26,944 nucleotides of DNA from Chthonomonadales bacterium (GTDB lineage: Bacteria; Armatimonadota; Chthonomonadetes; Chthonomonadales; CAJBBX01): contig JBBIPC010000026.1 in assembly GCA_037443035.1 (NCBI GenBank), positions 15,172 to 42,115 on the forward strand, read 5' to 3'. Positions 1 to 8,314 of this stretch are shown here, piece after piece (positions within the stretch are counted from its first letter, which is position 1; every line of letters begins with the position of its first letter). The position numbers and the translations under genes were made by a program. Under the pieces are notes generated by a model, which was not told the origin of the DNA, ran no database searches, and was given only the letters and a program-made list of their open reading frames with translations.

Positions 1-255
1 CCTCCTGCCCTTAGTTCCCTCGCCCCGCTTGCGGGGAGAGGGTTAGGGTGAGGGGGTGCATATGGACCGCGCTGGCAACCGCGAAGGAACGCTGCCAATC
101 TTTGTCCAAGCCTTGCTGTGGCCACCTGCCATCCAAATGCGGCGCATTCCTTGGCGGACCGCCCCCTCTCCAACCCTCCCCGCTTGCGGGGAGGGTGATG
201 CCTCCTGCCCTTAGTTCCCTCGCCCCGCTTGCGGGGAGAGGGTTAGGGTGAGGGG
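1..255. repeat. REP-like palindromic repeat cluster: two identical 55-bp copies (1-55, 201-255) plus an oppositely oriented variant (162-196)
   Basis: 1-55 equals 201-255 exactly (200-bp period). Each copy carries the hairpin ccctcgccccgc-tt-gcggggagaggg followed by ttagggtgagggg. 173-196 is a perfect 11-bp stem, accctccccgc-tt-gcggggagggt. The cluster may continue beyond the left edge. Confidence 0.9.
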
Positions 256-443
256 CGGCGCGAGTACAGTGCCGGCTGCCGCCGTGGCACGCTGATTGCC
301 TCCTGAGGTCAGCCCGCTCTGTAGGTGGGGGAATGGCGAAAGTGCGTGCAGACAGGACCATGCCGCGACGTTCGCCACCCCTCATGGTCCAGGGGCGAGA
401 TGCTGCTAACAGGTCCGAAACTGCAGGATCTGGACGGAGCCCA

Positions 444-1676
444 TCACCCCGCGAACTCCTCGATGGCCTCCCGCGCGACTTGGGTCCAGATGTCGAACCG
501 TTCGGGATGATGCTCGCAGGTGTGCGTATCCTTGAGGATCATCTCGAGAATGCAGCCGCGCGTGACTTCGAGGGCATAGCTAATATAGCTCCGGATCTTC
601 TGCGGTTCGAAGTCACCGATCAGCATGCTCGGATCCGGCTTCCATGAGAAGATGGCCCGACTCCCCAGGCGCTCTGCACACCGTTCCACGTTGGCCATGG
701 GAGCGATGGAGATACGGCGGATGTGCGGGATCGTGAGCACGTCGTCCAGTTTGTCCGTCAGCGGCTCGCAGCAGCCGTACCCGTTGAGGCCAAATGGTTC
801 CAGCAGGCGCTTTTCGTACTGAAGAGCGAATTCGACGTGCATGCGTGGCCCTACCTGTGCCATCTCCTGTGACTCCGCGCTGGCCCACATGTCGCAGGGA
901 CGTACGTGGTTGCCATCGAAACCCGGCGCAGGCAGCTCGTCGGTCCATCCATTGCCGCCAGAGGAGTGATAGGTGTTGTCGTTGTTCAAGCTGAGGAGGT
1001 CGTGCTCCACGTATTGCTGTATCAGTCTCCGATGGCCCTCTTCCAGGAACGCCATAGCGTCGTGGAGCCACGAGGGGTTCTCGCACATATCGAGCATGGT
1101 CTGCTCGAGGCCACGCCAGCCAGTCCAGAGGTTCATGAGGTGGAAACTGACATGCGCCACACCCTTGAGCTTCACCTGGAGAATGTCCCCGAAAAGCTCG
1201 TGGGCCTGCTCGAGAGCCTCGTGCGTGGCCTTCTCATCAACGTCAATCTCCGGGAAATGGAGCTTCCGCATGTCTGAAGGCTCGCAGATGACGGGATCGA
1301 ACGCCCAAGCTCCGCGGGCTTCTGGACTATCGCGATGCCTCGGCTCCAGCCCCCAGCCCGTATTCCGGATGGCTTTGTGGACCACCCACTCGCCGTCCAC
1401 TACGTTGTCACTGCGGAAATGCTCGAAGGTGTAGATCCGATGCCTGAGGTCCCATTCCATGTGACGAGCAGCCGGCTCCTCGCATCCGAGGACGCTCTCC
1501 GGCAGCAACTCGCCCCACGAGCCTTCAGGAAAGATCAGCATCATGGGTTTGCCGGGATGCAAGCTATTGTGCCGCTTCCACTCCCGACGGCGCGCCTCCA
1601 TCTCGGATGAGGCACCGATCTCGGCCACACGCTTGGCCAGGTCTCGCAGAATAGTGCGATCGTGCAGGGTTTTCAT
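444..1676 (-). CDS. Uroporphyrinogen decarboxylase / cobalamin methyltransferase (URO-D/MtaA-like) TIM-barrel family protein, function unknown (~410 aa)
   Basis: ORF 444..1853; start moved to MKTLHDR (1676) after a purine-rich RBS. Motifs WRGLEQTMLDMCENP, SQEMAQVGPRMHVEFALQY, YGCCE and SWKPDPS are typical of URO-D-like proteins. Confidence 0.7.
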   Translation of the reverse strand: MKTLHDRTILRDLAKRVAEIGASSEMEARRREWKRHNSLHPGKPMMLIFPEGSWGELLPESVLGCEEPAARHMEWDLRHRIYTFEHFRSDNVVDGEWVVHKAIRNTGWGLEPRHRDSPEARGAWAFDPVICEPSDMRKLHFPEIDVDEKATHEALEQAHELFGDILQVKLKGVAHVSFHLMNLWTGWRGLEQTMLDMCENPSWLHDAMAFLEEGHRRLIQQYVEHDLLSLNNDNTYHSSGGNGWTDELPAPGFDGNHVRPCDMWASAESQEMAQVGPRMHVEFALQYEKRLLEPFGLNGYGCCEPLTDKLDDVLTIPHIRRISIAPMANVERCAERLGSRAIFSWKPDPSMLIGDFEPQKIRSYISYALEVTRGCILEMILKDTHTCEHHPERFDIWTQVAREAIEEFAG

Positions 1677-1918
1677 AGCAATCTCTCTTTCTGCGTCGTA
1701 CCAGCGGTTCCTGCTGGCTACGTCCAGCAGATGCGTAAGGTCGCGCGCCGCCAGCATCTGACAAGATCGCGGACGAGACGAGCAATCATCCACTGTCGCT
1801 GTACGCGCCTGCAGCCGGAGCACCGAACGCAGTGGATCCGTACTATGCGTCAAGCGGATGTCACCGGCAGATCGTCGGTGCCGACTTCCGCGCTACTAGC
1901 GCCTCATGCGAGGAGAGT

Positions 1919-2767
1919 ATGGGATCCATTGTCTCGAAGCAAGATCTCGATTTCTTCACCGAGAACGGTTTTCTGACTGCCCGGCGCCTGCTCAGCGATG
2001 AAGAGGTCGCCGTCCTACGCTCACGATGTTTCGAAATCCTCGAGGGCAGGGGCTCTCGGAAGCCGGAGTCGGTGCGGAATCTGTACGGCGACGAAGAGAA
2101 GGTCGTCATCCAGATCGTCAACGCCTGGGAGGCCGATGATCGGTTCTACCGCTACCTGTTTCACCCCGCTCTTACGGAAGCGGTAGCGTTGCTCATGGCA
2201 ACCGACACTGTTCGGGTCTGGCATGATCAGGTGCAGTACAAGCCGCCACGCAAGGGTGGTCCCACGGTGTGGCACCAGGATCATCCTTACTGGCCCGTGC
2301 TCCAACCGGCAGATCTGGTCAGCGCATGGCTGGCGCTGGAGGACGCGGATGTGGAGAACGGCTGCATGCACGTGGTTCCTCGAAGTCATCGTTGGGGGCC
2401 CTACGACGGTGGCACCGTGGGCATCCGGGAAGAGGACTGGGGGCCGGACTATGACCCGACGTTCGTCCCCGCAGGTGAGGTTGTGGAGATCGTTCCCTGC
2501 CCTGTCCGTGCCGGAGAAGTCATGTTCCACCATTGCCTCACGTGGCACGGTACACCGCCCAACCGAAGCGAGCGAGGTCGTCCCGGCTTCGCGGTTCATT
2601 TCATGCCGGGCCACACGCGCTATGTGCCGCGCGCTGGTCATCTCATCGAGCACCGCATCACAGTCCAGCCCGGAGAGATCCTACAGGGGGAGTACTTCCC
2701 TACTGTGTGGGACCATGGCCCTGTCGTCCCTCCGCCTCACGTGGCGGATCAGGAGGCGCGAAAATGA
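1919..2767 (+). CDS. Phytanoyl-CoA dioxygenase (PhyH) family Fe(II)/2-oxoglutarate dioxygenase (~282 aa)
   Basis: RBS gaggag before ATG 1919. Motifs FFTENGF, WHQD (HxD), WLALEDADVENGCM, distal His in WHGTPPN and a following Arg. Confidence 0.9.
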   Translation: MGSIVSKQDLDFFTENGFLTARRLLSDEEVAVLRSRCFEILEGRGSRKPESVRNLYGDEEKVVIQIVNAWEADDRFYRYLFHPALTEAVALLMATDTVRVWHDQVQYKPPRKGGPTVWHQDHPYWPVLQPADLVSAWLALEDADVENGCMHVVPRSHRWGPYDGGTVGIREEDWGPDYDPTFVPAGEVVEIVPCPVRAGEVMFHHCLTWHGTPPNRSERGRPGFAVHFMPGHTRYVPRAGHLIEHRITVQPGEILQGEYFPTVWDHGPVVPPPHVADQEARK

Positions 2768-3549
2768 ACCTCGACAGCATCGTGACGGACGAGCACGTTG
2801 CATTCTTCCGTCAGAACGGGTTCGTGCAGTTGGAGCGCGTGCTCACGCCAGAAGAACTCTCCGCCATACGCGCGGCGGCTGACGATGTGCTCTCGCGTCG
2901 CTATGACGCGCGTATCGACACTTCGGCGGCCAATCCGGAATACGAGAAGGTCTTCGTTCAGAAGGTGAACCTCTGGCGGGTGCACGACGGCATCCGCGAA
3001 TACGTTCTGAGACCCAGACTTGCCGAGATCGGGCGCCGGCTCCTGGGCGTGCCAGCGGTACGCTTATGGCACGATCAGCTTCTGACCAAGATGCCTGGCG
3101 ATAGCAAGCCTTCGCCATGGCATCAGGACCGACCCTACTGGCCCATGATCGGCTACAGTCAGCTATCCTGCTGGATGGCGCTGGACGATGTGGACGAGCA
3201 AAACGGCTGCATGCAGTTTCTGCCGGGAACGCACCTCTGGGGAGAGCTGGAACCTGTGAACCTGGTGACGCCGCAAGATCTTCGCGACGTCGCAGGCGAG
3301 CGCGAGATTCCAGATCCCTACGTTGCACGGCTCAGCGCAGGAAGCTGCACGTTCCACCATTCCCTGACGTTTCACTACGCTGGCCCGAACCGCACCGAGC
3401 GTCCCCGGCGTGCGCTCGTCACAATCTACATGGCGGATGGCACGGGCTACAACGGTCGTGGCCACGTGGTGACCGATGGCCTCGGCTTGCCAGTGGGCGA
3501 GCCACTCCAAGGGGAGCTGTTCCCAGTACTCGCTTCTGCCGAGGTCTGA
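2764..3549 (+). CDS. Second PhyH family dioxygenase (~261 aa)
   Basis: ATGA overlap with the upstream stop and RBS aggagg. Motifs FFRQNGF, WHQD, WMALDDVDEQNGCM and FHYAGPN..RPRR. Confidence 0.9.
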   Translation: MNLDSIVTDEHVAFFRQNGFVQLERVLTPEELSAIRAAADDVLSRRYDARIDTSAANPEYEKVFVQKVNLWRVHDGIREYVLRPRLAEIGRRLLGVPAVRLWHDQLLTKMPGDSKPSPWHQDRPYWPMIGYSQLSCWMALDDVDEQNGCMQFLPGTHLWGELEPVNLVTPQDLRDVAGEREIPDPYVARLSAGSCTFHHSLTFHYAGPNRTERPRRALVTIYMADGTGYNGRGHVVTDGLGLPVGEPLQGELFPVLASAEV

Positions 3550-3605
3550 GCTTCGCACGTCGTCGGCGAAGCCCACGCGTTCACCCGACGCTGACGCGAG
3601 AACAG

Positions 3606-3640
3606 GCGCCATCCCTCATGACGGGATGGCGCTCTTCCTC
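3606..3640 (+). terminator. Probable intrinsic terminator of the PhyH pair
   Basis: Perfect 10-bp stem gcgccatccc / gggatggcgc with a 7-nt loop, followed by a pyrimidine tract (tcttcctc; weak U-tract). Lies between the PhyH stop and the next promoter. Confidence 0.55.
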
Positions 3641-3684
3641 TCGCTGCCTACGAAACAGTTAGCATGGCGTAATAATATAGGGAC

Positions 3685-3713
3685 TTGACTATATCGTGAA
3701 CTCATGATATCAT
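3685..3713 (+). promoter_or_regulatory. Sigma70-type promoter of the arsR-tusA-hdr operon
   Basis: TTGACT (3685-3690), 17-nt spacer, TATCAT (3708-3713) with extended -10 TG. An AT-rich stretch lies upstream (3670-3679) in an otherwise GC-rich window. Confidence 0.8.
3691..3710. promoter_or_regulatory. Palindromic operator, likely the ArsR autorepression site
   Basis: ATATCGTGA-AC-TCATGATAT is an 8/9 inverted repeat with a 2-nt centre. It fills the -35/-10 spacer, as ArsR/SmtB operators typically do. Confidence 0.7.
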
Positions 3714-3732
3714 CATGTCCGGAGGCCGTGAC

Positions 3733-4083
3733 ATGATGGAAGAGAGAGCTTTGATCGCCATGGAGGCTCTGGAACGGGTGGTGCCGATGATCCGCACAGC
3801 AGCTCACCCGCTGAGGCTTCGCATCCTGGACTACCTCGAGACTGCGGGCGAGCCACGTACCGTCAGTCAGATCATCGATTGCTGTGGCGCTGCGCCGTCC
3901 TTCGTCAGTCAGCAACTGCGAATCCTCAAGGATCAGGGAATCCTTGCCTGTCGGCGGAAGGGCGCGTACGTCTACTACCACATTGCTGACCGCTCTGTCC
4001 TTCATTTGCTCGCCTGTATTCGGCATAGTCAGGGTCTCGACGACAGATCAGATGCTTCACGAAAGGAAAAGAACGATGGCTGA
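3733..4083 (+). CDS. ArsR/SmtB family transcriptional repressor (~116 aa)
   Basis: HPLRLRILDYL...TVSQI...VSQQLRILKDQGIL..RRKGAYVYY. RBS ggagg at 3721; start 3733 or 3736. Confidence 0.92.
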   Translation: MMEERALIAMEALERVVPMIRTAAHPLRLRILDYLETAGEPRTVSQIIDCCGAAPSFVSQQLRILKDQGILACRRKGAYVYYHIADRSVLHLLACIRHSQGLDDRSDASRKEKNDG

Positions 4084-4324
4084 TCTCAACTCCATTACCC
4101 CCGCGAAGACGGTAGACGCGCGCGCTATGGCGTGCCCTGGTCCGTTGCTGGAAGCCAAGAAGGGCATTGGTGGCGTTGCCGTGGGACAGGTCCTCGAGAT
4201 CCTCTCGGGTGACAAAGGAAGCCGTGAGGACATCCCGGCCTGGTGCAAGAAGACCGGTCACGAGTACCTTGGCTTTGTCGAGCGTGACGGCTACGACTCT
4301 CTGTACGTCATCCGGAAGAAGTAG
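4076..4324 (+). CDS. tusA: TusA/SirA family sulfur carrier (82 aa)
   Basis: VDARAMACPGPLL (CPxP persulfide Cys), GQVLEILSGD and DIPAWCKKTGH. Overlaps the arsR stop. Confidence 0.9.
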   Translation: MADLNSITPAKTVDARAMACPGPLLEAKKGIGGVAVGQVLEILSGDKGSREDIPAWCKKTGHEYLGFVERDGYDSLYVIRKK

Positions 4325-4332
4325 ATTCGGCG

Positions 4333-4758
4333 ATGCGGTCAGCGGATGACCTCAAGATCCTGATCATTACGACAATGATCAGCTCCTATCCGGGCGCGAA
4401 CACAGTTGGCCAGGCACGCCTGCAGTACTCCCCTGGGACGTACATCATCCGCGTGCCAGATCCAGTCCTCTTCCCCGAGGATTTCTATCTCCGGTGCTTC
4501 CGAAAGGGCATGGACGGGATCATCGTCATGAGTTCCGGTTCCGACTGTCCCTACGAGGGTGCCTACCAGCGCCTTTCCGCACGCATCGGCCGGGTCTACG
4601 AGCGGATGAAGGCCCAGGGGATTTCCAGTTCCCGACTCAAGTTGACGACGGTCTGCACGGTGTGCAAGGCGGCCTTCCTCAAGGAAATCCGCGATATGCA
4701 GGAGGCCATTCTGGCCGACGATGGGGAGCGCCCGACCCTAGCCGTGCAAGCCGCCTAG
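4333..4758 (+). CDS. MvhD/FlpD-like (hydrogenase delta subunit) protein with an atypical cysteine pattern
   Basis: SYPGANTVGQARLQYSP..IIRVP, F.KG.DGIIV..DCPY and GI...RL match the MvhD scaffold. Most canonical Cys positions are replaced, and a CTVC is present near the C-terminus. Confidence 0.8.
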   Translation: MRSADDLKILIITTMISSYPGANTVGQARLQYSPGTYIIRVPDPVLFPEDFYLRCFRKGMDGIIVMSSGSDCPYEGAYQRLSARIGRVYERMKAQGISSSRLKLTTVCTVCKAAFLKEIRDMQEAILADDGERPTLAVQAA

Positions 4759-4767
4759 GATTCAGCG

Positions 4768-6099
4768 ATGAAAACGACGACGCGACAGATCCGAACCGAC
4801 GTTCTAGTGGTGGGGGCAGGCATTGCTGGCCTCCAAGCATCCTTGGATCTGGCCGACCAGGGCCGGTCCGTGGTGCTAGTGGAAAAGCGCCCCAGCATCG
4901 GCGGCGCCATGATCAATCTCAGCAAAGTCTTTCCGACTCTGGACTGTGCCAGTTGCATCACGACCCCTCGCATGGCATCCGTGGCGCATCACCCCAACAT
5001 TCAGCTCTTCACACTCACAGAGCTGCGGTCGGTGGAGAAAACGACGGATCGCTTCCGGGCACAGATGGTCAAGAAGCCGCGGTTCATTGACGAGAGCAAG
5101 TGCATCGGCTGCAAACGCTGCGAGGAAGCGTGTACCGTGTACCTACCGGATGAGTTCGAGCACGGTCTCGGTGCGCGGAAGGCGATTTCCATACCCTTCA
5201 CGAACGCCATACCGCAGTACCCGGTCCTTGACGAGGAGAACTGCCTGCTATGCGGCTCCTGTGCCCGGGCCTGCCCGACTGAGTGCATTGACTTCCTTCA
5301 GGAACCGGAGGAGATCGAGGTGGACGCCGGGGCAGTCATCATGACGACCGGCTTCGATCTGACGCCCATTGATGTCAAGCCGCACTACGGAGGTGGTGGG
5401 TTTCCCAACGTCCTCTCTCCCCTGCAGATGGAACGCCTACTCGCACCCCACGGCCCCTACGGCGGAGTCATGCGACCATCCGATGGCCGGACGCCCGACT
5501 CCATCGCCTACGTTCAGTGCGCTGGTTCCCGCGACAAGAGCATCGGAGTGCCGTATTGCTCCAGGGTCTGCTGCATGTACGCGATCAAGCAGGCCATGCT
5601 CCTCTCGGGGTCGCTCCCCATTGCGGACATCACGATCTACTACATGGACATTCGCGCCTTCGGCAAGGGCTACGAGCAGTTCTACCAGAACGCCAAGGCC
5701 ATGGGCATCAACTTCGTGAAGGCCAAGGTTGCGCGCATACGGGAGGATGAAAACCACAACCTCTTCCTTCGCATCGAGCGACAGGACGATGGCAGCGGCC
5801 CCCAGGAGGTCCAGCACGATCTAGTGGTGCTCTCGCTGGGGATGGTGCCCGCCTGGATTCCTTCCCGTGATGGCATCGTGCCTCTGGAAGCGGACAGCGA
5901 TGGCTTCGTCCGTCTGCCGAGTGCGAAGCTGAGACCGAACCTTACTACCATGGACGGTGTCTTCGCGGCAGGCGCCGCCACAGGCCCCAAGGACATCGTG
6001 GACGCCATCACCGACGCTGGGGCAGCGGCCATGGCAGCCTCCAACTATCTGGCACGCCTCGCGGGTAGCAGGGTCGTTACGGCAGGAGCGGTACGATGA
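4768..6099 (+). CDS. HdrA/QmoA-like FAD, iron-sulfur flavoprotein (HdrA1)
   Basis: GAGIAG FAD motif; KVFPTLDCASCI; inserted ferredoxin motifs CIGCKRC..C and CLLCGSC..CP; QCAGSRD; YCSRVCCMYAIKQ; GPKDI. Confidence 0.92.
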   Translation: MKTTTRQIRTDVLVVGAGIAGLQASLDLADQGRSVVLVEKRPSIGGAMINLSKVFPTLDCASCITTPRMASVAHHPNIQLFTLTELRSVEKTTDRFRAQMVKKPRFIDESKCIGCKRCEEACTVYLPDEFEHGLGARKAISIPFTNAIPQYPVLDEENCLLCGSCARACPTECIDFLQEPEEIEVDAGAVIMTTGFDLTPIDVKPHYGGGGFPNVLSPLQMERLLAPHGPYGGVMRPSDGRTPDSIAYVQCAGSRDKSIGVPYCSRVCCMYAIKQAMLLSGSLPIADITIYYMDIRAFGKGYEQFYQNAKAMGINFVKAKVARIREDENHNLFLRIERQDDGSGPQEVQHDLVVLSLGMVPAWIPSRDGIVPLEADSDGFVRLPSAKLRPNLTTMDGVFAAGAATGPKDIVDAITDAGAAAMAASNYLARLAGSRVVTAGAVR

Positions 6100-7994
6100 C
6101 CGAAGCAAGCATCTCCCCGACCCAAGACGATGGTGCCGTTGGCGGCTCCCCACCGCGTGACGGCGTTCGTGTGGGCGTCTATGTGTGTCACTGCGGTGGC
6201 AATATCTCTGACGTAGTCGACACAGCGGCAGTAGCTGAAGCCCTGGCGCACCACCCCGACGTGGCGGTCTCGCGTGATTACGTATTCATGTGCTCGGACC
6301 CCGGCCAGAACCTGATCGTCGAGGATATCCAGGCCGGGCGGGTGAACCGCGTTGTAGTCGCCGCCTGTTCGCCGACTCTTCACGAGACGACATTCCGCAA
6401 AGCGCTGGAGCGCGCTGGACTGAACCCATATCTGTACGAGCATGTTAACATCCGGGAGCAGACGAGCTGGGTCCACAAAGGCGACCATGAGCGGGCCACA
6501 CGCAAGGCCATCCGTCTCACGGCCGCAGGTGTCGAGAAAGTGGCCCAGCAGGAAGAGCTGCATTCCATCGCTGTGGAGGTGACCCACCACGTGGCCGTCA
6601 TCGGTGGTGGGGTTGCCGGTATGACGGCAGCCCTCGCTACCGCCGATCAGGGTATCGGGGTAACTCTCATCGAAGCGGCCGATTGCCTCGGCGGACGGAT
6701 GCAAGAGCTGAACACTGTCTATCCGACCGACGACAAGGCGGCGGACCTGGTAAGGGATCTCGAGGGCCGCGTCACGGCGCACGCGAAGATCGAGATCCTT
6801 CTCGCCGCACGCGTTACCGAGATGGACGGGCATGTTGGCAAGTTCCGGATCGCCGTCCAACTGGCAGATCGGTCCATTCGCGAGATACGTGCCGGCGCCG
6901 TCATCTTCGCGACGGGATTCGACCATTACCAACCCATCGAGGGTGAGCTGGGCCATGGCACAACGCCTGCCGTGGTGACCTTGCCGGAGTTTCAGAATGT
7001 CCTGCGTGAGGCCATGCCCGCCGAGGGGGGATTCACCTACGACGGCCGAGTCGTACGGAGCGTTGCGTTCATCCACTGCGTGGGATCCCGTCAGATCGAG
7101 GGCATCCATGCTCCCCAGCCGGACGGGAAGGTCAATGACTACTGCTCCCGCGTGTGCTGCACAGCGACGCTTCATGCGGTCAAGCAGCTCCAAGACCGGT
7201 TCCCGGAGGTGCTGGTCTACGATCTGCACAAGGACATTCGGACCTATGGACGCGGGCACGAGGACCTCTACGAGCTGGCATCGCGCCGCGGCACGCTCTT
7301 CTTCCGCTTCCCGGACGAGGAACCACCCACAGTGAACGTCCAGGACGGCAAGATCCTGGTGACGACGAAGGACATCCTGACATGGGGAGAAGAGCTGGCC
7401 ATACCCGCGGATATGGTCGTGCTGGCCACGGGCATGATGCCTCGGGATATCAGCGATCTCATCGCCATGCGTAAGCTGCCAGTGGGCGCCGACCGATTTC
7501 TCCAGGAAGTCCATCCGAAGCTCCGGCCCGTCGAAATGGCCAACAACGGCATCCTCCTGGCCGGAGCGTGCCAGGGGCCCATGGACATCAACGAAGCTTG
7601 TGCAGCAGCGCAGACAGCGGCTGTGAAAGCGGCTATCCTCCTAGCGAAGCCTGTCATCGAGCTGGATCCGTTCGTGGCCGAAGTGAACCAGGACCTCTGC
7701 GATGGCTGCGAACTCTGCCTGGCCGAGTGCGAGTACGACGGTGCGCTGACCATGGTGGACGTGACAGCGAACGGCGTAACCGCACGGAGAGCTGTGGTAA
7801 CGCCTGCTCTGTGCGTGGGATGCGGAGCCTGCGCGGCAGTCTGCCCCACACGCGCCATCAACGTGGCAGGTTGGACGCTGGATCAGTTCGACGCCATGGT
7901 GGACGCGATCGTGGCAGAAGATGTCGCCAGTCTTGCCACGTCGGAACGGCGCAGGAAGTCCTACAAGCCGCTTAGCGTCGCTGTCAAGAGCTAG
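6096..7994 (+). CDS. HdrA/QmoB-like FAD, iron-sulfur flavoprotein (HdrA2)
   Basis: N-terminal GVYVCHCGGNI / FMCS / AACSP / NIREQ domain; GGGVAG; HCVGSR; YCSRVCC; GACQGP; C-terminal ferredoxin CDGCELC..C and CVGCGAC...CP. ATGA overlap with HdrA1. Confidence 0.92.
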   Translation: MTEASISPTQDDGAVGGSPPRDGVRVGVYVCHCGGNISDVVDTAAVAEALAHHPDVAVSRDYVFMCSDPGQNLIVEDIQAGRVNRVVVAACSPTLHETTFRKALERAGLNPYLYEHVNIREQTSWVHKGDHERATRKAIRLTAAGVEKVAQQEELHSIAVEVTHHVAVIGGGVAGMTAALATADQGIGVTLIEAADCLGGRMQELNTVYPTDDKAADLVRDLEGRVTAHAKIEILLAARVTEMDGHVGKFRIAVQLADRSIREIRAGAVIFATGFDHYQPIEGELGHGTTPAVVTLPEFQNVLREAMPAEGGFTYDGRVVRSVAFIHCVGSRQIEGIHAPQPDGKVNDYCSRVCCTATLHAVKQLQDRFPEVLVYDLHKDIRTYGRGHEDLYELASRRGTLFFRFPDEEPPTVNVQDGKILVTTKDILTWGEELAIPADMVVLATGMMPRDISDLIAMRKLPVGADRFLQEVHPKLRPVEMANNGILLAGACQGPMDINEACAAAQTAAVKAAILLAKPVIELDPFVAEVNQDLCDGCELCLAECEYDGALTMVDVTANGVTARRAVVTPALCVGCGACAAVCPTRAINVAGWTLDQFDAMVDAIVAEDVASLATSERRRKSYKPLSVAVKS

Positions 7995-8004
7995 GAGCAG
8001 GGAT

Positions 8005-8304
8005 ATGAGCGAGACAGAAACCCCACGATCGAAGAGCAACTACGCCGCCCAACAGATCAAACAGGCCCGGGCCAAGCGGGGCAAGATGGACCCGACCAAG
8101 CTGGAGGCCCACAAACGCAACCGGGAGATCCAAGACGCGATTCTGACGGCCATCGCGGATAGGGCCATGACGGTGCCGGAGATCGCCGAAGTCACGGGCA
8201 TGGATACGCACCTCGTCTTCTGGTGGATCACTGCCATGCGCAAGTACGGGAAGGTTCAAGACGACGAGAAGCGGGGCGATTACCTAGCCTACCGGAAGAA
8301 ATGA
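8005..8304 (+). CDS. Small winged helix-turn-helix protein (99 aa)
   Basis: RBS aggag, ATG 8005. ILTAIADRAMTVPEIAEVTGMD..LVFWWITAMRKYGKV resembles a wHTH. 10-nt gaps on both sides. Confidence 0.75.
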   Translation: MSETETPRSKSNYAAQQIKQARAKRGKMDPTKLEAHKRNREIQDAILTAIADRAMTVPEIAEVTGMDTHLVFWWITAMRKYGKVQDDEKRGDYLAYRKK

Positions 8305-8314
8305 GGTACGAACC

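Noticed and set aside
1..255. Possible CRISPR array
   Set aside because: Only two 55-bp units with a 145-bp interval containing an inverted copy; wrong geometry and no cas genes.
11..385. ORFs 11..385 (-) and 48..251 (+)
   Set aside because: They are translations of the REP-like repeats (PHPNPLPASGARE-type peptides), with no coding signature.
6045..7514. Long antisense ORFs (6045..7514, 12793..13911, 14710..15768, 22766..23776, 23918..24979 and others)
   Set aside because: They lie opposite well-supported genes and are expected shadows of high-GC codon bias.
4333..7994. Selenocysteine recoding in MvhD/HdrA
   Set aside because: No in-frame TGA; the missing Cys positions are ordinary sense codons.
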